DNA of 64,000 nt from Saccharolobus islandicus REY15A (GCF_000189555.1 NC_017276.1); one strand, 5' to 3'; shown: positions 1-9,514, numbered from the stretch's first letter. The notes: a model not told the origin generated them from the sequence alone. Numbers and translations are program-made.

Positions 1-723
1 GTAGGCCCAACTGGTAGCGGAAAGACCACTGCATTAAACTCACTATTAATGCTACTTAATCCATTAGCGAAATATTTAACGATTGAGGATACACCGGAGC
101 TAAAATTACCTCACAAATATTGGATACAATTCTATACTAGACCTTCAAACTATGAAGGGAGTAAGGATATCAGTTATTATGAACTAGTCAGACTCTCCTT
201 AAGATATAGACCAGATTACATTATAGTAGGGGAAGTAAGAGGGAAAGAAATAGAATGGCTAGTTCAAGCTGTTGCCAGTGGTCATGGTGGGCTCACAACA
301 TTTCATGGGTCTAATCACGTTGACTTAATAACTAGAATTAGTGGGTTATTGGGTCAAGATCTATCGTTACAATTTAAACAGCTAATTTCAGTGATTGCAA
401 TCATAAAGAGAATTGAAACCGAGAATAGAAAGATGAATAGGAAAATAATATCTATTGTTGAAAATGATGGAAACGGATTTAGGGAAGTATTTAAATATGA
501 TTATGAAAGGAAGAGCTTCCTTCCCAATAATTCAAAAGAAATTGGTAGCATACAGCTGGAAAAAGCTAGAGAATTATTAGGCTGGAGTAAGGATAAGTTG
601 TATAAGGAGATAGAAAATAGGCTATTATTAATAAGGGGGCTTGCTGAAAGGGGAGTTTACGACTACGACGCATTGGCAAAAGAGTTAGTTAAATATTATA
701 TAAATGGTGATAGGGGTGACTGA
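1..723 (+). CDS. Type II/IV secretion (VirB11/TadA-like) pilus-assembly ATPase, 5'-truncated by the window edge; possibly the BasE (bindosome assembly) orthologue
   Basis: Frame open from base 1 reads VGPTGSGKTT (Walker A), then LTIEDTPEL (Asp box) and YIIVGEVRG (Walker B), plus a GHGGLTTFH His box; overlaps the downstream TadC-like gene. Confidence 0.9.
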   Translation, partial: VGPTGSGKTTALNSLLMLLNPLAKYLTIEDTPELKLPHKYWIQFYTRPSNYEGSKDISYYELVRLSLRYRPDYIIVGEVRGKEIEWLVQAVASGHGGLTTFHGSNHVDLITRISGLLGQDLSLQFKQLISVIAIIKRIETENRKMNRKIISIVENDGNGFREVFKYDYERKSFLPNNSKEIGSIQLEKARELLGWSKDKLYKEIENRLLLIRGLAERGVYDYDALAKELVKYYINGDRGD

Positions 724-2692
724 AAGAAGAATTAAATTGGCTAGCATAATCTCATATGATTTCTTGTTTCTAGTTTTACTATCGGGTTTACTAGATTTAA
801 TCATTACGTTATTTAGAGAACGAATTCTATACGTAATTTCTAGTTTCTTTCAATATATAGTAATCAACCCTTCAGTAGCTCTTGGAGACGCATTAGGTTT
901 TCTATTTGTCCTTCAAGCATCGCTTTTAGGTCTATTTATTGGTGGTATAGTTATTTTAAGTATAAGTTTTACAATAAATTTAACGCGGATAAGGAGTGAA
1001 TATGAAGAGGGTGTTCCTTTATCAACTATTCTGAAGTCTAGGATAATTACAAGCAGTAGATTAGGTTTCATAGCAAATTGGATAAGCGAGCGTACTAAGA
1101 GGTATATTAACGCAAGTGCTGACTTAGAAAGTCCTACTGAAGTCGGTGTTAGATACGTCGCATATTTTTTGATCTCATTACTTCTCGTAATACCGATATC
1201 ACTAGCACTAAGTATAATATTACTGTCTCCACTACCATTTCTATTATTACTTTTTCCGTTCATTTTTGTCTTTTATCCAGAACAGAAATACAAAAGTAGG
1301 GCTAGGGAAGTAAGAGACAGCATCCAAGATGAGATCCCTTTCTTTGTGACCTTAATTACTATCATTAACGCCAGCGGTACGACTATATATGAGGGAATGA
1401 GAAAAATTGTGCAGTTTCCATTATTTAAAGCTATGAAAAAGGAAGCATTGCTCATTATAAGAGATATAGATTTCTTCGGAAAATCTCCACTTGACGCTTT
1501 AGAGCATAGAGCTCGATTAACGTTTAATAGAGATTACTCTTGGTTTTTGGCAGGTTATACTTCGATTATAAGGAGTGGTGGCGATATTGAAGCATACCTT
1601 TTTCAAAAGGCTAGAGAATTTCTTAATTGGCTCCAGTTTCGTTGGAGGTTTTACTCAGAAAGAACCTCATTCCTAGGAGAATTAATAGTAATCCTATTCC
1701 TCATTTTCCCCATGTTCTTAATTGTATTAGCGTTCTTCACAAATGGTGCAGTTATATCGTTCTTGCTTGTAATACCAATATTATTTGGTACAATATTATA
1801 CACAATTACAGCTAGCAATAGACCTAGATATATGGATAATATAGGTCTTAACAAGATAAAGCTGTTAATGGCCTTTCTTGCTGCACTTCTAATAGCGGGA
1901 ACAGTTGAAATATTTCTTAATGAAATATATTACGCAATTGGTTTAGGACTATTGGTGTTCTCTATAACCTCAACAATATTCATGTACAACCAAATAAGAG
2001 AAATTAATGACGTAGAGAACTCACTACCGCAATTTCTGAGAGATATTACAGAGTTCAGAAAGATAGGTTACGATCTAAGTAGGGCTATTAAAACATTGGC
2101 TGGGGAAAAGAAATATAGAAGGGAGTTTAATAGGGTTCTAGACGAGATAGTAAAACAAGATTCCATGGGGATTCCAATAACTAGAGCTAAAATAAACACT
2201 AGAAGCTGGTTAGGCAAGTTCTCTCTTACCACTGTTCAGATATTGATAGAGGGCGGTGCAGTAAGACCAGATCTATTAGAATATCTAACTGAATTTACAC
2301 TTAACTTTATACAATCCAAGAGAGAAGCATTCTCAAGGATGAGAGCCTATCAAGTTTTAGGAATTCTGACACCTATCCTCTTAATTGCCACTATACTTAT
2401 AGCGATTGTAATCATTAGCTCATTCACAGTAGTAACTTTACCGGCAAGCACCTTGGGTGTACCTCAATTCCCAAACATAATTGCCCAATTTATTTTATCT
2501 TCGTTTATCCTAGCTGAAATGTTCATATTCATTTTAATGTCGACCTTCGCCATAGGATTACTGATAGCTAAAGCACTATATGGTACTGTACAATACATGA
2601 TAATGCCGTTAATTGGGTTAGTCCTCGCATTACTCTCAATACACTTCTTTAGCGTATTAGAACCAATAATCTTGAGATTCTTCTCGATATAA
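704..2692 (+). CDS. TadC/GspF-family pilus platform membrane protein with two T2SSF domains; possibly BasF
   Basis: 662 aa polytopic protein with two repeats of the 'E(I/L)P.F...' T2SSF motif (DEIPFFV, NSLPQFL); directly follows the secretion ATPase. Confidence 0.85.
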   Translation: MVIGVTERRIKLASIISYDFLFLVLLSGLLDLIITLFRERILYVISSFFQYIVINPSVALGDALGFLFVLQASLLGLFIGGIVILSISFTINLTRIRSEYEEGVPLSTILKSRIITSSRLGFIANWISERTKRYINASADLESPTEVGVRYVAYFLISLLLVIPISLALSIILLSPLPFLLLLFPFIFVFYPEQKYKSRAREVRDSIQDEIPFFVTLITIINASGTTIYEGMRKIVQFPLFKAMKKEALLIIRDIDFFGKSPLDALEHRARLTFNRDYSWFLAGYTSIIRSGGDIEAYLFQKAREFLNWLQFRWRFYSERTSFLGELIVILFLIFPMFLIVLAFFTNGAVISFLLVIPILFGTILYTITASNRPRYMDNIGLNKIKLLMAFLAALLIAGTVEIFLNEIYYAIGLGLLVFSITSTIFMYNQIREINDVENSLPQFLRDITEFRKIGYDLSRAIKTLAGEKKYRREFNRVLDEIVKQDSMGIPITRAKINTRSWLGKFSLTTVQILIEGGAVRPDLLEYLTEFTLNFIQSKREAFSRMRAYQVLGILTPILLIATILIAIVIISSFTVVTLPASTLGVPQFPNIIAQFILSSFILAEMFIFILMSTFAIGLLIAKALYGTVQYMIMPLIGLVLALLSIHFFSVLEPIILRFFSI

Positions 2693-2725
2693 ACGTTTAT
2701 ATTTTCTCTTTCCGTAATTTTATTA

Positions 2726-4246
2726 ATGCAAGATAGTTTAGGATTACTTGCAATAACTCTAGCGGTTATACTACTATTTTCCATTTTAGCTGGTGTAATA
2801 ATATTAAACCATGATGATATTACCCAATTCTATAATGTTCAAGGTAATATAAATACCGAAAAGCTAAGTAAGGCTAAAGTAGGTTATTATTGGGTTGTAG
2901 AAGAGTTAAAAAACATAACAATTTCCTTCATACCTCATGTATATATACTAGATACTGAGGGGATATACAATATTCAAAGCATTTTAGAAACCACATTTAA
3001 CGGACAGACTTACACATTCCCAGTCAAAAACTTGATGATCTTTACCAATGGTTCATTAACTAGATATGGAGTAGTTTTGAGTCCGGGAGATGCAATAGTA
3101 ATTGGACCAAATATCACTAGTGGGCAAATAAGTTTTGTAAGCAATACGGGAAACTCTTTCTCATTAACCCTATTTCCACCCTCAGTTAAAACGCTTTTAC
3201 CAAATGAATATAACCAGAATTATACCGTCGTTACCATAGGAAATGAGAGTGTACTATCCATAAAGACAATAAATGAGAAGTTAATAGGGCTTAAAAACAT
3301 TACGAGTGATGAATTAATCTTTGACTCAACACCTCCGTTATACAATGAAACGTTCCCTCCAGTAAAATCTCCAATACCATATGATTCTTACAAGGTTGAT
3401 ATTACTTATTTTGAAAATGTAACCCCAGTAAAGGTTATTGATGCCAAGAATAATGAAACATATCTCATTTACTTAGGTTATGGCTACTGGATTGGTGAGG
3501 TCTATGGAAATATAGATGAAGGATCTGTACATATTGGGTCTTTCAATATCTCCTACAATACTACATACTTCTATTATACTTATGGTTCAGTAAACTTCCT
3601 TAGTAATTACAAAATTAATATCCACGAAGTCAGTAACGGATATGTCCCACTATGCATGATATTATACACTTACAATGTTACCAATCAAAGTTCTGGATAT
3701 AGTAGAATAGGAAACTATAGTCAATTATGGATTAAGCCGAAAGCAAACGTTAATATAGCTTATACTGGCACTAGTAATATTTACTACTACTATTACGATT
3801 TTATGATAAACTACGCTAATAATAATAGTTTAAACTCCATCCTTATCGGAGGTTCTACTACATACTTAGGCTATTTGCCAATAAACATAACAATAAACGT
3901 CATGGATAACCACAATTTAAACAATACAATCTCCTCTTTTAGGATAGCCTACAACAATTCACAACAATTAACTAGCTTGCCAACAATTATGAACGTTACA
4001 TACAACGTTACCTCATATTCCCCTCCATTTGTACTCAATTTTTCCTTGACTAATGTATCCCTTTCAATAATGTTTAATGGTACGGCTAACTTACCAAACT
4101 ATACCTTCTATAGTTACAATCTACCTATTGTAATTCCAACAAACGAAAGTATATTGAATATTAATGGCTATACTTCGCCAATGATCATTCCATTCTTTAT
4201 TATCATAGTTAATGGGAAAATAGTCGGAGAAAATTTACCTACTTAA
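2726..4246 (+). CDS. Membrane-anchored or secreted Y/N/T-rich surface protein, possible pilus-associated adhesin
   Basis: 506 aa; N-terminal hydrophobic helix, many N-x-S/T sequons, beta-rich composition; 33 bp after the TadC-like gene. Confidence 0.7.
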   Translation: MQDSLGLLAITLAVILLFSILAGVIILNHDDITQFYNVQGNINTEKLSKAKVGYYWVVEELKNITISFIPHVYILDTEGIYNIQSILETTFNGQTYTFPVKNLMIFTNGSLTRYGVVLSPGDAIVIGPNITSGQISFVSNTGNSFSLTLFPPSVKTLLPNEYNQNYTVVTIGNESVLSIKTINEKLIGLKNITSDELIFDSTPPLYNETFPPVKSPIPYDSYKVDITYFENVTPVKVIDAKNNETYLIYLGYGYWIGEVYGNIDEGSVHIGSFNISYNTTYFYYTYGSVNFLSNYKINIHEVSNGYVPLCMILYTYNVTNQSSGYSRIGNYSQLWIKPKANVNIAYTGTSNIYYYYYDFMINYANNNSLNSILIGGSTTYLGYLPINITINVMDNHNLNNTISSFRIAYNNSQQLTSLPTIMNVTYNVTSYSPPFVLNFSLTNVSLSIMFNGTANLPNYTFYSYNLPIVIPTNESILNINGYTSPMIIPFFIIIVNGKIVGENLPT

Positions 4247-4990
4247 TAAATTTATATAGTATAGGATCATTGAGGTAATTATTGCTACATCATAAGCTAT
4301 AGTATTAAAAAAGAGAATTAAGATACATACCGCTAGGACGGAGTAGACATATCTCCAAAGATCCTTTGAAATCATGATACCAAATGCCGAAAAGCCCAGT
4401 GAGAATATGAGAGCTGAATAAAACCAATCTTGGTAATCAGATGCAGTTGGTGGAAAAGCAGCTACTCCAATTAATGGGAAAACCTCTCTATACGTTAACC
4501 CCCTTAAATAATGCAATAAATATAAAGCCAGCATCTCAGCCATCATGGGATAGAAAAACCAGTAGCTATTTATCGAGTAGTAGAAGGCATAGTATAGTGT
4601 TGAAAACTTAGATGGACCAAACTGAGCAATACCGAAAGTAGATCCCATTAATATTTCATTCAATACTAATAGAAGTGAGAAAATGGCAATATGGATTCTT
4701 TCTCTATTAAACTTTGTATTTGAGAATTTGCTTATATTTAATAAAAAATAAATAATTAGGGGTATCATTGTGAAAGTGTTTATACCAAATGCTATTGCCA
4801 ACGATAAGGTTGATGGAGAGATTAAATAAACTGATGCCCCAATGAACATAGTTATCATCATTACGAGGGAAAAGTAAATGAAGAAGACTCCAACGTAAGT
4901 TCTTATCTTCTCTGTATAGTAAAGGATTAAGACTATGATAATAACCATAATCGAAGCTATGAACGATAAAACTATTAGTTCATCTGACAC
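4235..4990 (-). CDS. Hypothetical polytopic membrane protein
   Basis: 251 aa ORF with several hydrophobic segments; GTG start; upstream TTTTTATT TATA-like box on the minus strand. Confidence 0.75.
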   Translation of the reverse strand: MSDELIVLSFIASIMVIIIVLILYYTEKIRTYVGVFFIYFSLVMMITMFIGASVYLISPSTLSLAIAFGINTFTMIPLIIYFLLNISKFSNTKFNRERIHIAIFSLLLVLNEILMGSTFGIAQFGPSKFSTLYYAFYYSINSYWFFYPMMAEMLALYLLHYLRGLTYREVFPLIGVAAFPPTASDYQDWFYSALIFSLGFSAFGIMISKDLWRYVYSVLAVCILILFFNTIAYDVAIITSMILYYINLLSR

Positions 4991-5025
4991 ATGCGACTTA
5001 TTTTATATTAAAAATAAAAAATTAT

Positions 5026-5033
5026 GTGCAACT
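5026..5033. repeat. Left copy of 8-bp target-site duplication GTGCAACT
   Basis: Identical octamer at 11673-11680; each copy abuts an inverted 9-bp terminus. Confidence 0.85.
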
Positions 5034-5042
5034 GAGTGTGGA

Positions 5043-5811
5043 GATAGTGTCGTCGTTAAGCTATTTATATTTGTATAACGAGTATTACTTATGGGTAGGA
5101 AGGCTGTAGTTAGGCAAGACGTTTCTTGTCCCTCTTGTGGTAGTCATCATGTTGTTAAGTGTGGTTGGGTAGGCAGTGTGTAGGGATTGCGGTAGATACT
5201 TCTTGGGTGATGCTACTTACCATCATCATTCCAAGAAGTTGAGGGAGGAGGCTTTGAGGTTGTATGCTAATGGTATGAGTATGAGAGCCATTTCTAGGGT
5301 TTTGAATGTCCCCTTGGGTACTGTGTTCACTTGGATTAAGCGGTATGGTGGGCAGAAGTTGAGTTGTGGGGTAAGGCTAAGGAGCTGGTCAAGGGTGGTG
5401 TTGTTGCTAAGGTTGTTGATGAGATGTGGACTTACTTGTACAAGAATACTAGGGCTTTTTACAACTGGGTTTTCACTTGCTACGTTTACACGAAGCTGGG
5501 AGTTTATCTCATTTACTCTGTGGGGGATAGGGATGAGAGTACTTTCCTTGAGGTCAAAAAGTATTTGCTTGACGAGGGTAGATGGGTGAGCGATGATTAT
5601 AACTTGTACTTCTGGTTGAAAGACCACACGGTTGTCTCGCCAGTTAACCCGAACGAGTCCTTTCATTCCTCATTAAGGGATAGGCTAATTAGATTCAAGA
5701 GAGCAACGAAGGCAGTAAATAGGAGCATTAGTACCATGATGTACTCCATAGCCCTAGTCTTATGGGAGAGAAGGTTAATCCCAGAATTTGTAGCTTAATG
5801 ACGACACTATG
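5043..5811 (+). mobile_element. IS1-family element (ISC796-like), degenerate
   Basis: ~21-bp inverted repeats GATAGTGTCGTCGTTAAGCTA (5043-5063) and TAGCTTAATGACGACACTATG (5791-5811) enclosing a transposase reading frame. Confidence 0.85.
5091..5798 (+). pseudogene. IS1-family transposase, frameshifted
   Basis: ATG 5091 MGRKAVVRQDVSCPSCGSHH (Zn ribbon) stops early; CRDC and the HTH continue in a second frame; the DDE domain (VDEMW, SDDY, NESFHSSLR) is in a third frame. Confidence 0.85.
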
Positions 5812-5868
5812 GACACACTCCATGTTCACTAAGCTAACTTTTTAACGAGAATTAGGTAATGTTAAGTT

Positions 5869-6171
5869 ATGATAAGTTTCACACAAATTAACGGATACCC
5901 GATAATGATTTATGAAAAGGACGGTAAGAAATATTATTAGTTGGCTGGATGTCCTCATAAGAAAAGACCTTTAAATGAAGGAAAGGTATTTGACGATAAG
6001 ATAATGTGCCCCTTCCATAAGGCTGTATTTAGCCTAATTACTGGAGAATTAATTAAAGAACCAGAATCTAAAACTCCTTGTATTAATTGCAGATTAATAA
6101 AGGCAGATATAATAGGAGATAAAATAGTTTTTGAAGAAGAACCATTCATACCACAATTACCATCAAAATAA
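5869..6171 (+). pseudogene. Small Rieske [2Fe-2S] ferredoxin interrupted by an in-frame TAG (5938-5940)
   Basis: ATG 5869 MISFTQINGYPIMIYEKDGKKYY*LAGCPH...IMCPFH...F; both Rieske motifs (CxH, CxxH) lie downstream of the stop. Confidence 0.7.
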
Positions 6172-6381
6172 CTTTTTAACTCTAACTAATATAATCTTAG
6201 CTGTATTACTAATTACTTTTTAACTTAAATATATTAATAATTTTCATTAAATTCTAATCATCTATAAGTAAATTATATTTTATCATTACATAAATAGCAC
6301 TGTATTAAAAATTAATATAATATTAATAAATTGTTTAAATTTCTAATGTAATTTAAGTTTATCACTAGCCTTTATGAGAAT

Positions 6382-7023
6382 TCATTTATATATTGTTGGA
6401 TCCCTTATTTTAGCTTGTTTAAAAGCCTCAATCCTCTTTAAGCATTGACTACATTTACCACAGTGATATTTATGACCTAACAAGCACGAATAAGTAATGG
6501 ATGGATCTAATCCGCTTTTTATACCTATTTTTAGAAGTAGATATTTAGGAAAATTAACAAAAGGAGTTTCAAATCTAACACCTAATATCTCACCTAATTC
6601 CTTAAGCTTTTCCATTATATCCCTTCTATTGGGCTCGTACTCACAGTCCTCCTTTATCGTAGCCATGATAACTCTTTCGTAACCATTTTGCTTAGCGTAA
6701 GCAATAGCTATGGGAACTATTACTAAATTCCTATGAATTATGGGTTCATGTGGTCTTAACCAATCATTATTTACAAAAGCCTCACCAAGGTTTTTAGCAT
6801 TAATAATTATCAGCCTTCTTTTTAACTTCTCACATATAATTTTACCATATTTCAGCTGCATCCTAGCTGAGGATTGTCCGTAATTTATGAAAAGACAGTC
6901 GAAATCCAGACCTTTTTTAGCATAATAATATGCAACTGAAGATGAGTCCAAACCAGATGAGAAAAGTAATAAAAATTTCATAATATCTATTTCCAGTAAT
7001 TTCTTAGCCTTATTTATCTTCAT
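6382..7023 (-). CDS. queC: Stand-alone QueC-like (7-cyano-7-deazaguanine synthase family) PP-loop ATPase
   Basis: SSGLDS PP-loop, INYGQ, HRNLVI, and C-terminal SC...CGKCSQC Zn site; alternative start at 6981. Confidence 0.8.
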   Translation of the reverse strand: MKINKAKKLLEIDIMKFLLLFSSGLDSSSVAYYYAKKGLDFDCLFINYGQSSARMQLKYGKIICEKLKRRLIIINAKNLGEAFVNNDWLRPHEPIIHRNLVIVPIAIAYAKQNGYERVIMATIKEDCEYEPNRRDIMEKLKELGEILGVRFETPFVNFPKYLLLKIGIKSGLDPSITYSCLLGHKYHCGKCSQCLKRIEAFKQAKIRDPTIYK

Positions 7024-7108
7024 TACTAATTGAAATGCTTCAACTAGAGGCTATTAAATATGTACAAGGTTATAAAGAGCTTAAATTAAGTCTAATAACT
7101 TTACGGAA

Positions 7109-7270
7109 ATGCTAACGAATATAAGTGTAATAATTGATGGAGAGGTTTTAGGAATATATGTATCAAAAGAATACCTCGTAATAAGTAAGGAGAGGATGAG
7201 AAGATACAAGAACAATAAGAAGGGCTAGAAGAAATACTTAAACTAAAGCCTTGCGTATTAGTATTTTATA
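7109..7270 (+). pseudogene. IS110-family transposase N-terminal fragment (ISC1190-like, from recall)
   Basis: Reads EVLGIYVSKEYLVISKERMRRYKNNKKG, then after a frameshift EEILKLKPC; matches my recollection of Sulfolobus IS110 N-termini with the catalytic GID mutated to GIY. Confidence 0.5.
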
Positions 7271-7741
7271 AAAATATTAATATTTATACAAATTAAGTAA
7301 GTGAGCCTATAAAAGCATAATCAGTTATACTACGGATAAATTCCCTAAATAATTTATAGCTTAATATTAACGTTTTTATATATATAAAAGCAAAATTAGA
7401 GTTAAAATAATTTATTCAACTAATTAAGAAAGTATGGCTTACCTTTTACCTTTGTGTCGTATTTATAAATAAATTATATTATAAATATTAATTGAAAATT
7501 GAAATTAGAATCTAGCTAACTTAATGAAGGCATAATAACTGCATATGATCTAATAAAATAAACATGCTTCGTGGAATTATTTAATTTTTCTCAATAGAAA
7601 TGTATAACTAACTTATAATCCAGATTAGCTTAGAATTTATTCCAATTCATCTAGCTTAAGAACTAAGAAAGGTAAACTAATTCATAAATTAAAATAAACA
7701 AAAACTTAAATTCTTTAAATTCTCTTCTAGATATCTTCAAA

Positions 7742-9157
7742 TTATAATGTATAATTTATATAATAATAGTAAAATGGTATATAGTATTTCTCTCCACCAA
7801 TACAATAAGGTACACTAGCGTTCATCAAATATATGTAATAAGTATACGAGGAAAGATCAGTTATCGAGATTGTCGATGCAAAGTAAGAATAAGAATTTGT
7901 AAATGCAACAATCCCCACATAAGGTGAGACTACTGCCAAAAGTGATGACAACCATGAAGGAATACTCTCACTCAACGATTCAGCAATCTTAATAATTAAG
8001 CCAATAGGAACACTATAAGTACCGTAACCATTAGAAGTATAAATCGAAACTGAAGTATATGAATTAGTAAGTGTAGTAGGATTCACACTAAATAGGAATG
8101 TTAAGTTCTTTGAGAAATACTCACTAGGGGGAACGTTAGGAATTGTTGTATTATATAATGCTGGTAAATAACTTGATCCAGAACTAACAACTTCTAACCC
8201 AGTTAAAAATGCCTCATCACAATAACCGTAAAATTGTGGGGGAGCACGAGGTGTAGATAAACAATAGAAATACACACTATAATTTGCAACAGCAATCTGA
8301 CCCATAGTATAAATTTCCAAAAAATTAGTATTTGTACTTTTACCATAATTTCCTTTTTCACATATTACTAGATTACTAGCGCTTGTGGTTATTGAGAAGC
8401 CTGAAATGGTTACTGGGTATCCTAGTACTAAAACTCCGAATTTGAATTGTATTCCAGATGCTTGTGAATGGCCTTCCTTAAGTAATAAACTACCTACGTA
8501 ATCTTTGTAGTTTGTATCAGTTACGTAGGTTATTGATAGTGGTATTATTCCTAGGCTTTTGTTTGATGGGTAGAACCACACTTTGTTTAGGTAGAATATT
8601 AGGTTTCCTTTTGCTTGTTCTTGAGGTACTGTTGTTGTAGTAGTGGGGTCTTTTCTTTTTATTATAATTTTCCTTGGTTTAATGAATAGTTTTGCTACTG
8701 TTTTTCCTATCCCGTGTGTTATGTTGTATTGTGAGATTGTTATTGTGAATGGTTGTATGTATGCTATTGTCTCGTTTTGCTCGTTTATTGTATATGATGC
8801 GAATCCTAGTAGTGATGGGGAGATATTATAGCCATAGTGCTTTATCCAATGCTTTACTATTGTGGTTAAGCTGCTCAAGGGTATTTTCACGTAGCTAGTA
8901 TCATTTGCAACTAGTATTCTCCTAATTACGGTACCATTTGCTGTTGGGTAAAATGCGAAAATGCTTACGGAAACGTTTTGTAATAATGTTAATTTGTTGG
9001 GGGAGTATTTGAAGAATACCACATTTATATCCTTAGGATTAGTATACTTAACGTAGAGCATGTAGAAAGTATTGTAATTGTTGATTATAATTGTTAATAT
9101 TATGATGATAATTAATATCAAAGCAGAAACCATAACAATTTTAGTTCTCCTACTCAT
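7742..9157 (-). CDS. Membrane-anchored extracellular protein of unknown function
   Basis: 471 aa; basic N-terminus plus Ile-rich TM, Thr linker (DPTTTTTVP), Y/S/T-rich body with sequons. Confidence 0.75.
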   Translation of the reverse strand: MSRRTKIVMVSALILIIIIILTIIINNYNTFYMLYVKYTNPKDINVVFFKYSPNKLTLLQNVSVSIFAFYPTANGTVIRRILVANDTSYVKIPLSSLTTIVKHWIKHYGYNISPSLLGFASYTINEQNETIAYIQPFTITISQYNITHGIGKTVAKLFIKPRKIIIKRKDPTTTTTVPQEQAKGNLIFYLNKVWFYPSNKSLGIIPLSITYVTDTNYKDYVGSLLLKEGHSQASGIQFKFGVLVLGYPVTISGFSITTSASNLVICEKGNYGKSTNTNFLEIYTMGQIAVANYSVYFYCLSTPRAPPQFYGYCDEAFLTGLEVVSSGSSYLPALYNTTIPNVPPSEYFSKNLTFLFSVNPTTLTNSYTSVSIYTSNGYGTYSVPIGLIIKIAESLSESIPSWLSSLLAVVSPYVGIVAFTNSYSYFASTISITDLSSYTYYIYLMNASVPYCIGGEKYYIPFYYYYINYTL

Positions 9158-9304
9158 TTTCTCTAAACGATTAGTTAAAAGGATAACTATTAAACTTTTC
9201 TAGTAAATAACTAGAATGTAAATAAGGATATATATTTTATTGAAAATTTAATTTATCTTCTCTACGATTATAACTATTCCGTAAGCTATTATCTCGCCCA
9301 TACT

Positions 9305-9514
9305 GAGTGTGAACAACGATTTCGTTCATTTGAAATTTGGTTAAAATTTCCTTAAAGTCGTATCATTTAAACTCTCTGATTTACAATAAAACTCTTGAAC
9401 ATGGTTAAAATTACAAAATTATATTTTATTAACTAACAAATCTTGTGGTGAATTGAAAATAAATTTATACTTTATACAATTTATACTGAATTAACAAAAT
9501 TGTTATCCACATTC
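9305..9514. mobile_element. 210-bp MITE-like non-autonomous element with IS6-type ends
   Basis: Left 31 bp match the IS6 end at 10829 at 25/31 positions; right 24 bp match the IS6 end at 11649-11672 at 22/24; interior is AT-rich and non-coding. Confidence 0.7.

Noticed and set aside
913-2784. Short tracked ORFs overlapping the TadC-like gene (and similar 60-120 aa ORFs inside larger genes across the window)
   Set aside because: They lie inside well-supported genes, carry no motifs and have no promoter; treated as shadow frames.
4235-4990. Assignment as a cytochrome subunit (CbsB-like)
   Set aside because: I cannot recognise diagnostic motifs; left as hypothetical.
5938-5940. Pyrrolysine or programmed readthrough at the Rieske TAG
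   Set aside because: No pyl genes in the window, none known in Sulfolobales, and the surrounding cargo is decaying; a nonsense mutation is simpler.
6382-7023. Complete dpd or Qat defence operon
   Set aside because: No dpdA/TGT, TatD, P-loop ATPase or queD/E neighbours; only the single QueC-like gene is supported.
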